Source of the DNA: an uncultured virus (IMG/VR IMGVR_UViG_3300028228_000217)
Lineage: Duplodnaviria; Heunggongvirae; Uroviricota; Caudoviricetes
Strand: one strand, 5' to 3'
Length of the DNA: 64,000 bases
IMG/VR virus record: IMGVR_UViG_3300028228_000217
Both the position numbers and the translations under genes were made by a program. Positions within the stretch are counted from its first letter, which is position 1, and each line of letters begins with the position of its first letter. Shown in pieces: positions 10,044 to 20,297 of this stretch. The notes below the pieces were generated by a model that saw only the letters and a program-made list of their open reading frames with translations, was not told the DNA's origin and did not search any database.

Positions 10044-10555
10044 TCAACTGACCATTGATATAGCTAACTCTGTAGTTTCATCAACTCGTCTAGTCCAACC
10101 GTTACCGAAAGTTGCAAATGTAGATAACTTTTCATAATAATCCTGTCTTGCACCTTGGAAGTCTTCAATACATTGTTCAATGCCATGTTTTTCAACATAT
10201 TCACCTAATTTTTTAATGTATTTGGTCCAATGCCACCGTCTGCAACAGTACCAATCATTGTCTGTAGAAACTTTGCACTACGACCTGGTCCTGCATTTAC
10301 ACCAAAGTCAAAAACGCAAAGGTCCAAACCATTTGGTAGTTCATCACCTTTCATTTTATCCCAATAACCTTTTTTGTAAATTGGTGCCACATCTTCGACT
10401 AGTAAATCTTTCATGTCTTTTGTGCCACCATGTTCTAGGTATACTCTCTTAGTAACACCTAAGTTAGTTTCACCACCTGGGTCTTTTGGATGATTTACAT
10501 AACCACCTTCATGGTGTAAAATAGTTTCTAAGCACTTATCGTAATTTGCTTGCAT
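10044..10555 (-). CDS. Glycoside hydrolase 108 lysozyme/endolysin with peptidoglycan-binding tail (frameshift near 10208)
   Basis: HEGGYVNHPKDPGGETNLGVT, DFGVNAG, DGGIGPNTL; downstream frame gives FGNGWTRRV. Confidence 0.9.
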
Positions 10556-10557
10556 TG

Positions 10558-10953
10558 TTAGTTTCCTTTTGTTAACTTTAGTAGTTTCTCTACCTGTGCC
10601 TTAATGATTGGACCTCTGTTAGGCCAATGTATATAAGGTTCGTCACTCTTCATAAGATTGTAAAGAAACGGAAGTATCAACTTCTCAATGTCTTTAAATC
10701 TTGCTGTAACATCAGCACTTTCAAGTGTTTTTGTTACGACTTCTTTTTCTGCCACAATTTGCATAATCTCATTCATCATAGACTTAATGTCCTGAACATC
10801 TGATTTTACTTTTGAAATTTCTAAATTTGAATTCTCAACTAGTTTAGGGTCAACAGACGGTTCTGTTTTTGGTGTAGATGAAACCGGTACCATGCCCCAA
10901 TCATCTGTAGTATCAAACCCACGCATGAAATCTGGTATATCTTTACTTGGCAT
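10558..10953 (-). CDS. Hypothetical protein
   Basis: 131-aa ORF abutting neighbours; ILPFLYNL..YIHWPNR. Confidence 0.65.
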   Translation of the reverse strand: MPSKDIPDFMRGFDTTDDWGMVPVSSTPKTEPSVDPKLVENSNLEISKVKSDVQDIKSMMNEIMQIVAEKEVVTKTLESADVTARFKDIEKLILPFLYNLMKSDEPYIHWPNRGPIIKAQVEKLLKLTKGN

Positions 10954-11272
10954 ATTTCTTCCTCTGTTCAGCCTGTCGTTTCTGGTGTTTCTTTACAACA
11001 GCCTGTGTTTTAATTTCTTTAGCAGTTCGTTTACCATGTTGTTGTGCAAATTCGGAGGCTGGATGTGCTTCTGCAATTCTACTTTGCATTTCTTTCCAAC
11101 CATTATCATTCCTCATAGCACCCACGCCTACAACACCACTAGATATATTTATCTGAGTTACCATCTGTTGTATGTGTTTATTCTTTTTCAAATAAACTTC
11201 CTTATCAGCAATAGACATCATATCATCATAGACTTTGCCGGTCTTGGTATTTTTAAAACTGTAAATGGGCAT
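10943..11272 (-). CDS. Conserved T4-like hypothetical protein (FmdB-like N-terminus)
   Basis: MPIYSFKNTKTG..NKHIQQ..GWKE. Confidence 0.65.
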   Translation of the reverse strand: MPIYSFKNTKTGKVYDDMMSIADKEVYLKKNKHIQQMVTQINISSGVVGVGAMRNDNGWKEMQSRIAEAHPASEFAQQHGKRTAKEIKTQAVVKKHQKRQAEQRKKYAK

Positions 11273-11274
11273 TA

Positions 11275-11499
11275 TTATTTCACCTTAAATGGGTCTTTGA
11301 TAGTAAAATACTTATTTAACATTGATATTTGGTCATCATAATCAGCAATAATCTTTAATTCTTTTTCGATTGTTTCTAATGTATCAGGATGCTCGGCAAT
11401 ACCAGCAGTTTTTTGTAGTAATATTTCTACATTTATTTTATGTTTTTCAATATGTCCTAAAGCATGTTGCTTTAGAGCCTCAATCATTTGTTCACGCAT
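11275..11499 (-). CDS. Hypothetical protein
   Basis: 74 aa, GIAEHPD motif, SD GGAG upstream. Confidence 0.65.
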   Translation of the reverse strand: MREQMIEALKQHALGHIEKHKINVEILLQKTAGIAEHPDTLETIEKELKIIADYDDQISMLNKYFTIKDPFKVK

Positions 11500-11507
11500 T
11501 TTGTCTC

Positions 11508-12095
11508 CTATATTTCTGCCGTGTTTTGATAGTATTTAACACCTTCACTAAACCACAATGGTATAGTAGCCGGTGATTTCCATGTCGCAAATCTAGTTTT
11601 TTCTAAACAATAGTATTTACGGTAACTTTCAATTACATCACCTGGTATTTTGCAATAATCTGGCATAGCAGGTGTTGGTTCAGTTACAATCTTATTTAGT
11701 GGTATATTTTTAGGCGGATGTTTTAGTATATCGCCTAACAATTGTACCGTCTTATGGTCTAAAATGTGACCATATCTTAACTGCCATTGTTTGTGTAATG
11801 CCATCATATGTTTGTACAACCAATTATAGTGATATGCATTTTGCATAACCCATACTGTACTAGGATGACCAGTATGACACGCTAAGTATAAAGTTTCTTC
11901 TAAGTTTGAATTAGGGTGTTTCCACCTTTTAATGTTACGACCTTTTTTAGTCTTGCCTGTGTACTGAACACCGTCAATCATTCTATGAGCAGTTGATAAC
12001 ATCTGAGCAGATTCAACAATCATTTTACAGACATGTTTATCACATGACATTTGAGCTGCCACAATAGGGTCTTTATCTAAGTAAAATATATTCAC
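11508..12095 (-). CDS. Pyrimidine-dimer DNA glycosylase-like protein
   Basis: MNIFYLD..DKHVCKMIVESAQMLSTAH, HPSTVW, AMPD..ESYRKYY. Confidence 0.75.
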   Translation of the reverse strand: MNIFYLDKDPIVAAQMSCDKHVCKMIVESAQMLSTAHRMIDGVQYTGKTKKGRNIKRWKHPNSNLEETLYLACHTGHPSTVWVMQNAYHYNWLYKHMMALHKQWQLRYGHILDHKTVQLLGDILKHPPKNIPLNKIVTEPTPAMPDYCKIPGDVIESYRKYYCLEKTRFATWKSPATIPLWFSEGVKYYQNTAEI

Positions 12096-12296
12096 TAGTG
12101 TATCACCTTTCTAAAATGTTCTTGACGATTGTACATTTCACATAATTTAGAAAACACACCGAACCAGTAATCCTTAGCCCAATCTGTTCCAGCTTCTCGA
12201 CATGCCCATTCAGCATTGGCGATTCGCTTATCTTTTAATTCTTCACTAATCATAACTACATTATACATCATTTATACCTAATTGGCAACCACCTGT

Positions 12297-13269
12297 TTAT
12301 GATAAATCCATTATTTGATTAAGTTTTATCTTGATTTCATCTGGATTTAGACCCATTTTACGCATTTCTTCATAATCTTTAGTCTTTAGTTCACCACTAG
12401 CTATTTTTTAAAAAACCTTTATAAACTTTTTCTCTATCTCTGACTCTTTTCGCCCTAGCTTTTGCGTTAGTAGCTTCTTTTTGGTAATCTTTTTCGATTT
12501 TGGTTTTTTCTTCTTCTTTAACATTGTTTCTACTCCGTAATGATATATTGGCCGCTATTAACAATAATACTGCTAATGGGTCAAATACGAATATCAATAC
12601 TATTATTACCCACCTTACAGCCTCATCAAAATGGTCTTTTGCCGTATCACCATATATTAACTCTGCAATATATTTGATTGGACCAACTTCGGCTTCAATC
12701 TTATCTTGTTCTAATTGTAAAATACCTTTTTTATTTGATAACTCTGATATCTTATCACTTGCCTCGTTAATGGCAAGCGTTAAAGCTTCTCGTTCAGGTT
12801 TTTGTTTTTCTCTTTCTTTTAGACCTCTTGTGACATACTCCATGTCAATGTATTTTTCAAGTGTCTGGTCTAATAAAGTTAATGTCTTTTGTGACCTGTC
12901 TATAATAATTTGTTGTTGATTAAGTTGACTATCTATCAATTCAATCTTAATATTATTACCTGATTGTGGTTGTACTTGGTCTAGGTGTGCCTTTGATAGA
13001 AAACCAAAGATACCCATAGATGTAATGAAAACTAAAACTATAACAGCAAATGTTAAGTATGCTCTTATGGTTTTAGGTACTAGTTTGTTTCGCCAATTGT
13101 TATATAACCATGAGGCGGCTACAAGTTTACCGACCTCTAATGCACTACCCATAGCAATAATAGGTACTACTGCACCTGCAAATAAGGCCGTCAATCCAGC
13201 AATGGAATAACCAGCGGCTATTACAGATATGGATATGGCACTTAAAAATACGATTATAATTGTAAACAT
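12297..13269 (-). CDS. Multi-TM coiled-coil membrane protein (frameshift near 12405)
   Basis: LEVGKLV, TSMGIFGFLSKAH, EVGPIKYIA, FVFDPLAV. Confidence 0.7.
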
Positions 13270-13276
13270 GTTTTTC

Positions 13277-13921
13277 CTATTCTAATGTATAGTCTTCTCT
13301 TAGCATTTTGATAATACTTTTTACCTTACCAAAATAGTTCTTATCTGAAGCATAGGCGTCAAGTGTCATAACTAATTTAAAAGGGTCATTGACATCTTCA
13401 TCATGTTTTAGTTTTCTATATTCTTCAAACTTTGTACCTCTATTTAGGATATTAATATAGTGTTGTACTGAATCACATTCATGCATGTACACCTTTACAC
13501 CCCATTTCTTAGGGTTATTAGATGGTAACATATGTGGTTCTCTTAAATCATATGTACGAATACCAAATAGATTTCTACCTTCTATGGCAAATCTACTATT
13601 ACCCCATGCACTCTCTAAGGCAGCCTGAGCCACCAATAGTTCTAAGTTTACAGGTAATACATCTGTTGTAGTATTGTAAATATAGTTTACACAAGCAATG
13701 GTACTGTCTATAAAGGTTTGATTGTTTGACCTCTCAAAGTTAGGTAAAGTATGAGTAGTAATAGCTTCTAAAGTGTCAACTACTTTTTGTATTTCATTTT
13801 CTTGTTTTGCGACCAACATATCATCTTTGTCTGCTGATACCATGTGCCACAAACCAAAAACAAACAAGATGACCGTTACAGCCATCAATGTTTGGAATAT
13901 TGTTTTGATTTTCTGACGCAT
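13277..13921 (-). CDS. Membrane-anchored glucosaminidase (GH73/Bax-like)
   Basis: AQAALESAWGNSRFA.EG.NLFGI, YASDKNY; N-terminal TM. Confidence 0.85.
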   Translation of the reverse strand: MRQKIKTIFQTLMAVTVILFVFGLWHMVSADKDDMLVAKQENEIQKVVDTLEAITTHTLPNFERSNNQTFIDSTIACVNYIYNTTTDVLPVNLELLVAQAALESAWGNSRFAIEGRNLFGIRTYDLREPHMLPSNNPKKWGVKVYMHECDSVQHYINILNRGTKFEEYRKLKHDEDVNDPFKLVMTLDAYASDKNYFGKVKSIIKMLREDYTLE

Positions 13922-14250
13922 TAGGCCTGTTTAATTATAATGTAATCGTAACTAGATATTGTTTCTGGTTCATTCTCACCATACTCAGACCATGTGCCTA
14001 TTTCAATGTTTTTGTTTTTCTTTTGAACAAATTGTACATTTTCTTTTGTCATGTAATTAGACATTTTTTTGAATATCTTTTCAGATTGTTTTTCTGTAAA
14101 GTTATTTAAAACATCTGTAGCCCAATTACCAGTGTAATAGGTCATTTTGTTCTCATCACCATTTAAAAAATGGTCTAGTTTTGTGGGTACACTACTAATA
14201 ATTGATTTTAGATAGTGGTCTAGTTCTTTTGATTTTTTTACTTCTTTCAT
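13921..14250 (-). CDS. Hypothetical protein
   Basis: 109-aa ORF abutting next gene. Confidence 0.6.
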   Translation of the reverse strand: MKEVKKSKELDHYLKSIISSVPTKLDHFLNGDENKMTYYTGNWATDVLNNFTEKQSEKIFKKMSNYMTKENVQFVQKKNKNIEIGTWSEYGENEPETISSYDYIIIKQA

Positions 14251-14282
14251 AATATATACTCTCTCTCAGTTTTCTCATTTGT

Positions 14283-14588
14283 TTATAAATCTGCAATTTT
14301 GAATTTCTTGATTACATTTTTAGTCGGGATAACTGTTGTGCCACCTCCGTCTGCCAATTCACCAGCGTCATCATAATTGTAGTCGCTCATCAAAACATGA
14401 ACCTTAGCATCTGATTTTACCAACCAACCGGTTGATACACATGTAGCAGGTTTGCTTCTCAGAATCTCTTTCATCTCAATCCAACCAGCATTTGATTGAA
14501 TATCCTCCCAATACACCAAATAGAAATCATATAAGAATGGTATTTCTGGTACATCATCTCTAAATTTTCGTGATTGTTTTTTTGCCAT
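14283..14588 (-). CDS. Hypothetical protein
   Basis: VYWEDI..C.STGWL..TVIP. Confidence 0.6.
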   Translation of the reverse strand: MAKKQSRKFRDDVPEIPFLYDFYLVYWEDIQSNAGWIEMKEILRSKPATCVSTGWLVKSDAKVHVLMSDYNYDDAGELADGGGTTVIPTKNVIKKFKIADL

Positions 14589-14590
14589 AA

Positions 14591-14941
14591 GTTATGAACA
14601 TTCCTTATCAGCAATTACTGTGTCTTTTAAAAGAGAACACTTGTATTTACTGTCTGCATTTAGTCTAAGTTGAGCAGCTAAACTTTCTAAGATAACAGGT
14701 AAGTTTTTTCTAAAACATCTGTCATCTGTAAAGCAAACTGATACGCCAACTTTTGCATTTCTGATTCTAGTACGGACATGTCCACACTATTACCACTTAT
14801 TGTTTCTTTTACAACATGGCCAATGACGGCCGTGTTATAATCATCTGCCTTTGCTTGTGATGGTAAAAATATTCCCCATATAATACCATTAACAATTAAA
14901 AGCGTTATTATCATTTTATTCATAATATATCCTTTTCTCAT
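14591..14941 (-). CDS. Hypothetical secreted protein (frameshift near 14705)
   Basis: Signal peptide; ORF 14687..14941 continues in another frame after a homopolymer run. Confidence 0.5.
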
Positions 14942-15048
14942 TATTTATGGTACCATTATACACTAACTGAACCATAAAGGCAAGCGATTATTTCACTTAT
15001 TTGGCACTTTTTTAGTAAAAAGCACTTATTTTAGGGGCTGCGACAGTA

Positions 15049-15574
15049 TTATACACTATCTGGTCGTACAAACTTGTCATTCCAACCAAATGCCTCTTTG
15101 ACAACTGATTCGGTAAGACCTTTATACATCTTATTCAATGATTTATTCTTCATTGCCATTAAAACTTTAGCTTCTTCGTAATGTAAGCCTTCTAACATCT
15201 GAATAAACATTTTTTCTTTTTGTAATTTATTAGTAGCATTATCAGCACCTTTTACGAAATGCCATAGTCTTTTAGATTCGTTTCTTAATAGACCATGTTC
15301 AGTTCCGATTGGAGCTTCGTTTGCTATATATGGTGGTTCACCTGGTGGTAAATCCCATACAATATTAGGGTCAAATGCTCCCTTTAATACTTGTTTAAGA
15401 GGCGCTGTTGAATAATCCCTCAACACTTGAATTTTTTTAGGTTGTCTTTTGCGTTATTAACTTTTTTAGAATTTCAGACATTAGTTCTACTGTCTGTCCC
15501 ATACCAGATGTGCCTTGATTATTTTTCATTGCAGCTGGGCTCATTACATGTGGGTGTCTTGCTTGTTCGGCCAT
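15049..15574 (-). CDS. Conserved T4-like hypothetical protein (DUF6433-like), frameshifted
   Basis: WDLPPGEPPY..EKMFIQMLEGLH..EA; upstream part starts MAEQARHPH at 15574. Confidence 0.6.
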
Positions 15575-15635
15575 AATTTTCTCCTTCAATTATATTATGT
15601 ATTCGTATTATTATTTATCCATCGGAATACCATAT

Positions 15636-15663
15636 AAAAAAGGCAGGCGCCGAAGCGCCTACC
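15636..15663 (-). terminator. Intrinsic terminator
   Basis: GTAGGCGC-TTCG-GCGCCTGC hairpin followed by T-run on minus strand. Confidence 0.8.
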
Positions 15664-15679
15664 CTCAATTTTGGTTAGA

Positions 15680-15994
15680 TTATGCGTTTGCGTTTGCGTA
15701 ACCTTGTGTACCAAATAAAGCAGTTTGTCCAGCTGCGATAATCGCTTTTGATGGTGTACCAACTCTAAAAGATACTCCAGTCTTTTTTGATTTATTTTCA
15801 TAAATCATCATACCTTGAAGTCTTAATTTACCAACCATTGCAGCTGGTGATTTTAGGTCGTAAACAGTTCTTAATTGTTTCCAAGTAACTGTTGCACCTT
15901 TGTTGAAAAGGTTTCTTATCTTTTCAGTTTTTGATATTTTAGCTTTTGCCATTGTATTTGTCTCCTTCGACTTTTTATTAAAAAAATTAAACAT
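15680..15994 (-). CDS. Small basic hypothetical protein, possibly winged-helix DNA-binding
   Basis: SKTEKIRNL..LKSPAAMVGKLR.QG..IY; SD sequences at two possible starts. Confidence 0.6.
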   Translation of the reverse strand: MFNFFNKKSKETNTMAKAKISKTEKIRNLFNKGATVTWKQLRTVYDLKSPAAMVGKLRLQGMMIYENKSKKTGVSFRVGTPSKAIIAAGQTALFGTQGYANANA

Positions 15995-16083
15995 AATTGT
16001 TCAACTCTCCTTTCTGTATTGAGTTTAATGTACTCCTACAATTACCAAGCAAAGCGTACTTTAGTAGTTCGTTTGGCGAATTC

Positions 16084-16560
16084 TTATTTGTCATTATTTG
16101 GTTCAAAGTCGGGTGTAAAATGTATATCTGCCATATCAGCTAAATCTCTAACTTCGTCCTCTATGTCTTTTGAAAATGGTTTATGTGGTTTATGTTTTAC
16201 ATCTAACACTTTAGAATAATCTAATCTAGCCGATTTACTTTTACCACTTGTATTTAATGTAACCAGTTTGTCTGTTAATTTCTGTGCTGGATGTGGTTTG
16301 TTAAAGTCACGGTAAACCAGACCTCTAATTGTGTCTATTACAAGTGCCAAGTCAGCCGTAAATGCCAGTTGATTAGTTTTAATACCCATAGTTACAAACT
16401 TATCTAATAATTGATATGCAATATCATCAACATTTCCTTCTACAAATTCTTTAGTCTGTTCTTCAACTAAACGAGCATGTTCTTTCGGGTCAACAGGATG
16501 TTTAACTGTTTCTTTATTAGCAATTTTGTCCGTAGGAAATAAAATAACATTATCACTCAC
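16084..16560 (-). CDS. Hypothetical protein
   Basis: 158 aa, NVILFP N-terminus. Confidence 0.6.
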   Translation of the reverse strand: MSDNVILFPTDKIANKETVKHPVDPKEHARLVEEQTKEFVEGNVDDIAYQLLDKFVTMGIKTNQLAFTADLALVIDTIRGLVYRDFNKPHPAQKLTDKLVTLNTSGKSKSARLDYSKVLDVKHKPHKPFSKDIEDEVRDLADMADIHFTPDFEPNNDK

Positions 16561-16819
16561 TAATGACTTCTCCTTTGAAGTTTACTTTACCTTTATCGAC
16601 ATAGTATTCAATTAATTGATTATAACCACCAACCAACTCACCATCAATTTTAATCTGAGGCATAGTTCTAACAGGTTTACCAATGTCTTCTAACATTGCT
16701 TCTGGCGATTCAAAAGATTCCATTTTCTTTTCTTCGTATTCAAGGCCAAGTGTCTTTAACAAGTGTTTGGCCTTGTTACAAAATGGACAATTGTTCTTAC
16801 TATAAACTATTATCGGCAT
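16553..16819 (-). CDS. Glutaredoxin
   Basis: CPFC, TMPQI, GGY. Confidence 0.92.
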   Translation of the reverse strand: MPIIVYSKNNCPFCNKAKHLLKTLGLEYEEKKMESFESPEAMLEDIGKPVRTMPQIKIDGELVGGYNQLIEYYVDKGKVNFKGEVISE

Positions 16820-17432
16820 TTTCAGTTTCTTTCTTTAGATTGTCCCATGCTTTCTTACTCTCATCATTTAGATTGTAAGCGTCAACAGCTTGTTCAACGG
16901 TGTAGTTATACATCTTGTTAAACTTGCCAAGAGGTAATCTCATACCAATCCATGTTCTATAGTAACCATTTTTTGTCATAGTTACATCTTGAGCAAAGAT
17001 TTCATAACCTCTCACAGGCGTATCTGTAATTGTATTCACTATAGCACTTTCGACTTCGGTCACTACAGTTTTAGTTTCTGTTTTACCAAGTTCTTTAATG
17101 AATTGTTTTGATTCTTTATTCATTTGACCCTTGATAATATCTGCCAATTCAGATTTAGCCATCATTTTGGCTTTCTCTATTGACAACTGTAAATCTGGAG
17201 AAACTGCTGTTGCAACACCATAGATACATTGCTTATCATTGTCTTCACTATTCAACCATTTAAGGTCACACGCTTTAGTGTCATTGATATCTGCCATGTA
17301 CCACGCCGGCACTTTGTCAACGGTATTACCGCTCTCAGATTTTATCTTATAGGTACTGTTCATACTAGAACAGGCACTAAGACCTACAATAGCTACTAAA
17401 GCACCTAATTTCATTATATTATTTTTCATCAT
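16800..17432 (-). CDS. LPP20-family lipoprotein
   Basis: Lipobox LSAC; VPAWY, GVATAVSPDLQLSIEKA..AK.ELA. Confidence 0.7.
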   Translation of the reverse strand: MMKNNIMKLGALVAIVGLSACSSMNSTYKIKSESGNTVDKVPAWYMADINDTKACDLKWLNSEDNDKQCIYGVATAVSPDLQLSIEKAKMMAKSELADIIKGQMNKESKQFIKELGKTETKTVVTEVESAIVNTITDTPVRGYEIFAQDVTMTKNGYYRTWIGMRLPLGKFNKMYNYTVEQAVDAYNLNDESKKAWDNLKKETENADNSL

Positions 17433-17451
17433 ATTTTATCACTTTCCCTTA

Positions 17452-17488
17452 CATTATATATTAACTCTTGTAGAAAGTCAAGCGTGGA
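17452..17488 (-). promoter_or_regulatory. Sigma70-type promoter (TTGACT..TATAAT)
   Basis: TCCACGCTTGACTTTCTACAAGAGTTAATATATAAT on minus strand. Confidence 0.7.
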
Positions 17489-17571
17489 TTGAACATATGT
17501 CCAAGCGTCTTCACTAGATACATCATAAAGTATCACTAATACAAGAGCAACAATGATTAAATTTCTAATCA

Positions 17572-17964
17572 TTATTTCACCTCCCATTCACCATTAGTAT
17601 CTAAACATACTTTTCCTGGTGTTTTGAAAGCATGTCCTGAGCGACTATATTGTCGGCAGTATTCTGGTGTGTTCACATCAACATAATAAAATTGAGAAAA
17701 TAATTCCCAATAACTAGGACCGTCATAAGCTTTACGACCATCACTACACACCAAAATTTCTTCTTTGGTGATAACATCACCAACTTGTTTAATCTCAACC
17801 TTAACAAAACAATACTGTCCATCTACTTTGTCAGGTTTAATTGATATAATCTCTGACCTTAAAATCTTTTCACCGCCAACTGCAATGCCTGATAATAATA
17901 AAAACAATATCAGTACAAATGACCATGTCATATATCTTTTAAATCTTAGTCTAGGATCCATCAT
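17572..17964 (-). CDS. Hypothetical exported protein, Cys-containing
   Basis: N-terminal TM; C-terminal YCRQY..GKVC..GEWE resembles the tail of the neighbouring 17-kDa-like protein. Confidence 0.55.
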   Translation of the reverse strand: MMDPRLRFKRYMTWSFVLILFLLLSGIAVGGEKILRSEIISIKPDKVDGQYCFVKVEIKQVGDVITKEEILVCSDGRKAYDGPSYWELFSQFYYVDVNTPEYCRQYSRSGHAFKTPGKVCLDTNGEWEVK

Positions 17965-18166
17965 ATTTTTTCAATTCTTCTATACTTTGTCTTGTATTAT
18001 ATATGTCTTCTTCTAATTTGGCAATGGTGGATTGATTACTAGTAATTTCAAGTTCCTCTTGACTTTCTTTAACTTCGTTCTCTAATTGTTCTATTCTATC
18101 TTTATATCTATCTAACATGTGGCTTCTCAATCCATTGACCGTCTGGTAATTGACAAGCAGTACCAA
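17951..18166 (-). CDS. Small coiled-coil protein
   Basis: Heptad-rich; probable start at MLDRYKD. Confidence 0.5.
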   Translation of the reverse strand: MVLLVNYQTVNGLRSHMLDRYKDRIEQLENEVKESQEELEITSNQSTIAKLEEDIYNTRQSIEELKKYDGS

Positions 18167-18614
18167 ATACTACTTCTCTCTTAACGCCTCCGATACCAAC
18201 CAATGGCCAACTACTTGTGATATCTACTGTTGCGTCATAATCTTTACATTTGATAGGTCCTTGTGTGTATGACCTTGTAACATGAATAATACCTGAGTTA
18301 CCTGTTTTACCATTGTACCAATTTGTGTAACTAGAACCAGTACCACTTGTATTCAAATGGTCTACAAACACGGCATTGTGTACATCATAATCTGACTTAT
18401 ACATCAATTCAGCACCTGCAAATCCACCTAATAAAGCACATGCACCGGTTACATATGGGTCTGATACACCTAATGATAAGCAACCTGCAACTGCACTACC
18501 GCTACCGGCAACTGCACCAACATGAGTTCTATTGATACTAGAACAGTTACTTAGTGCCGGTAATAATAGTCCTAATAATACTAAATGTAGGATTCCACTT
18601 TTTTTCATCATCAT
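18108..18614 (-). CDS. 17-kDa surface-antigen-like lipoprotein (glycine zipper)
   Basis: Lipobox LSNC, GAVAG..LGGFAG, WYNGKTGNSG, CKDY, GTACQLPDGQW. Confidence 0.75.
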   Translation of the reverse strand: MMMKKSGILHLVLLGLLLPALSNCSSINRTHVGAVAGSGSAVAGCLSLGVSDPYVTGACALLGGFAGAELMYKSDYDVHNAVFVDHLNTSGTGSSYTNWYNGKTGNSGIIHVTRSYTQGPIKCKDYDATVDITSSWPLVGIGGVKREVVFGTACQLPDGQWIEKPHVR

Positions 18615-18619
18615 TTTTT

Positions 18620-18877
18620 CTATTTGTTTGACAAGCTGTCATGGTCAATACCAGAATAGTCGCCATACTCAGATTTGTCATTTTTATTAGTATTGTCATA
18701 AGGTTTATTATCATTACCTATTAGTTTACAAGTTGCCTGAATATCATCTATAAGATGGTTTATTTCAGAGTCTCTTTCAGGTGTTTTAACATTATTATAT
18801 TTCAAGTTATATAACTTATCTGATTGAGATTTTAAACTATCAATCTTTTTACAAAAATCACTAATCTTGTGTAACAT
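18620..18877 (-). CDS. Hypothetical protein
   Basis: 85-aa ORF in operon orientation. Confidence 0.5.
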   Translation of the reverse strand: MLHKISDFCKKIDSLKSQSDKLYNLKYNNVKTPERDSEINHLIDDIQATCKLIGNDNKPYDNTNKNDKSEYGDYSGIDHDSLSNK

Positions 18878-19088
18878 TATCTTTTACCTTGTTAAATAGG
18901 TTTTTAATCATTGCCCAATTCTTAGCATTTTGTTCTTTACCTTTTTGCCATGAAGCCTTTTGAAACTCTTTGGTATCTGTCCATTCTTTAACAATATAGT
19001 TTTTACTTTTGTATCAATTGTTTCATCACTCTTTGCCATTGTCATAGTCATTAAAACTGCAATGGTTATCATCATCATTGTTTTCATA

Positions 19089-19457
19089 TTATATTTTTCT
19101 CCCTGCTGTTTTTAGGTCACTCTTATTCACCACCATATAAGGACCTTTATTATATGCCGGTACGATAGTAAAGTTTTTACTTGCTTCTATCTTCCAAGAA
19201 TTATCAGGTTTTGTACCACCTTCAACAATCCTATTAGAACATTGATGTTCTGGTTGTTTCATTGTTCTCTCTACTATATTAATACCATAATTGCCACTAC
19301 TTGTCAATTGTATATTGCCATTGTCATCTACATTAAAACCTTTTGACTTTAACCACTTAATATGTTTGGTCAAAGCTAGTTGATATGCCTTCGTAGGTTT
19401 TTTATTCTTTAACCTACGAATTACACCACTTGAATTATGTGTGTAGATAATTGGCAT
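19089..19457 (-). CDS. Hypothetical protein
   Basis: C-terminal TIVPAYNKGPYMV..AGRK motif typical of T4-like small ORFs. Confidence 0.65.
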   Translation of the reverse strand: MPIIYTHNSSGVIRRLKNKKPTKAYQLALTKHIKWLKSKGFNVDDNGNIQLTSSGNYGINIVERTMKQPEHQCSNRIVEGGTKPDNSWKIEASKNFTIVPAYNKGPYMVVNKSDLKTAGRKI

Positions 19458-19458
19458 A

Positions 19459-19662
19459 TTAAGCGGCCGCCTTCTTTTTAGGTTTTATTTTTTTATAGTA
19501 CCCTTTAATGTTACCTTCTACTTCTTCGTTTAACAAATTTTGCACATCTGATAACAAATCGTACATTTCTAAAGATGGTTGTACAAAACCACCATTTATT
19601 TTTATTGAATTTACTTCAATGTTTTCCGGGTCGTAATCTACGACTATCATAAATTTAGCCAT
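19459..19662 (-). CDS. Hypothetical protein
   Basis: 67-aa ORF abutting neighbours. Confidence 0.5.
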   Translation of the reverse strand: MAKFMIVVDYDPENIEVNSIKINGGFVQPSLEMYDLLSDVQNLLNEEVEGNIKGYYKKIKPKKKAAA

Positions 19663-19979
19663 TAGTCGTTTACTGAGATTGGTTCTTGTTGTGCCATTGT
19701 TTCTGCAAATGATTTACCAAAACCTATTCTATAGAAAGTATCTCTAGGATTTACAGTTTGATACGCCGACTTTAGTTTATCAAATTTAACATCAACTAAG
19801 TCATAATACTTTGGATGTTTTTGTTGTAATTTAACATGTTCATCACAGAATATAATTCTATTAGTGAAATAGTCATTTTCTTTATCGTCTAGTGTTTTCT
19901 TTTTTGACAATGCAATGTCTTTAGTTTTTGCAACTGCAAATTCTTTGAAAAGATTTTCTTTGTCATATTTAAAAGTCAT
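19662..19979 (-). CDS. Hypothetical protein
   Basis: 105-aa ORF with SD AAAGGA. Confidence 0.6.
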   Translation of the reverse strand: MTFKYDKENLFKEFAVAKTKDIALSKKKTLDDKENDYFTNRIIFCDEHVKLQQKHPKYYDLVDVKFDKLKSAYQTVNPRDTFYRIGFGKSFAETMAQQEPISVND

Positions 19980-20076
19980 ATAGTCCTTTTGTTAGTGTTA
20001 GTTTATCTGTATATTCTACCATACTTTAATGTGAAAGTCAAGCGTTAAAAACTTAATAGTATCAACACTTTTAAAA

Positions 20077-20091
20077 GAACAAAACCAGAAC
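20077..20091. promoter_or_regulatory. Candidate alphaproteobacterial LexA box GAAC-N7-GAAC
   Basis: GAAC-AAAACCA-GAAC upstream of a TTGACT..TAGAAT promoter (about 20012-20041). Confidence 0.55.
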
Positions 20092-20297
20092 ATTATCTTA
20101 TTTGTATAGGTTTTGTCTTTAATTTTCGAATCAAAGTTCTTTTTTACTCTCTTCTTCAGCCCATTTCTCAAATTCATCCATTTTTTTCTTATTGTGGGCT
20201 ATACTTACATCACAAGCTTTGATTGATTCGTCTGTTGCACCTAATATAATTAGCTTACGAATCTTTACAATATCATCAATATGATTTAGTATATCAA

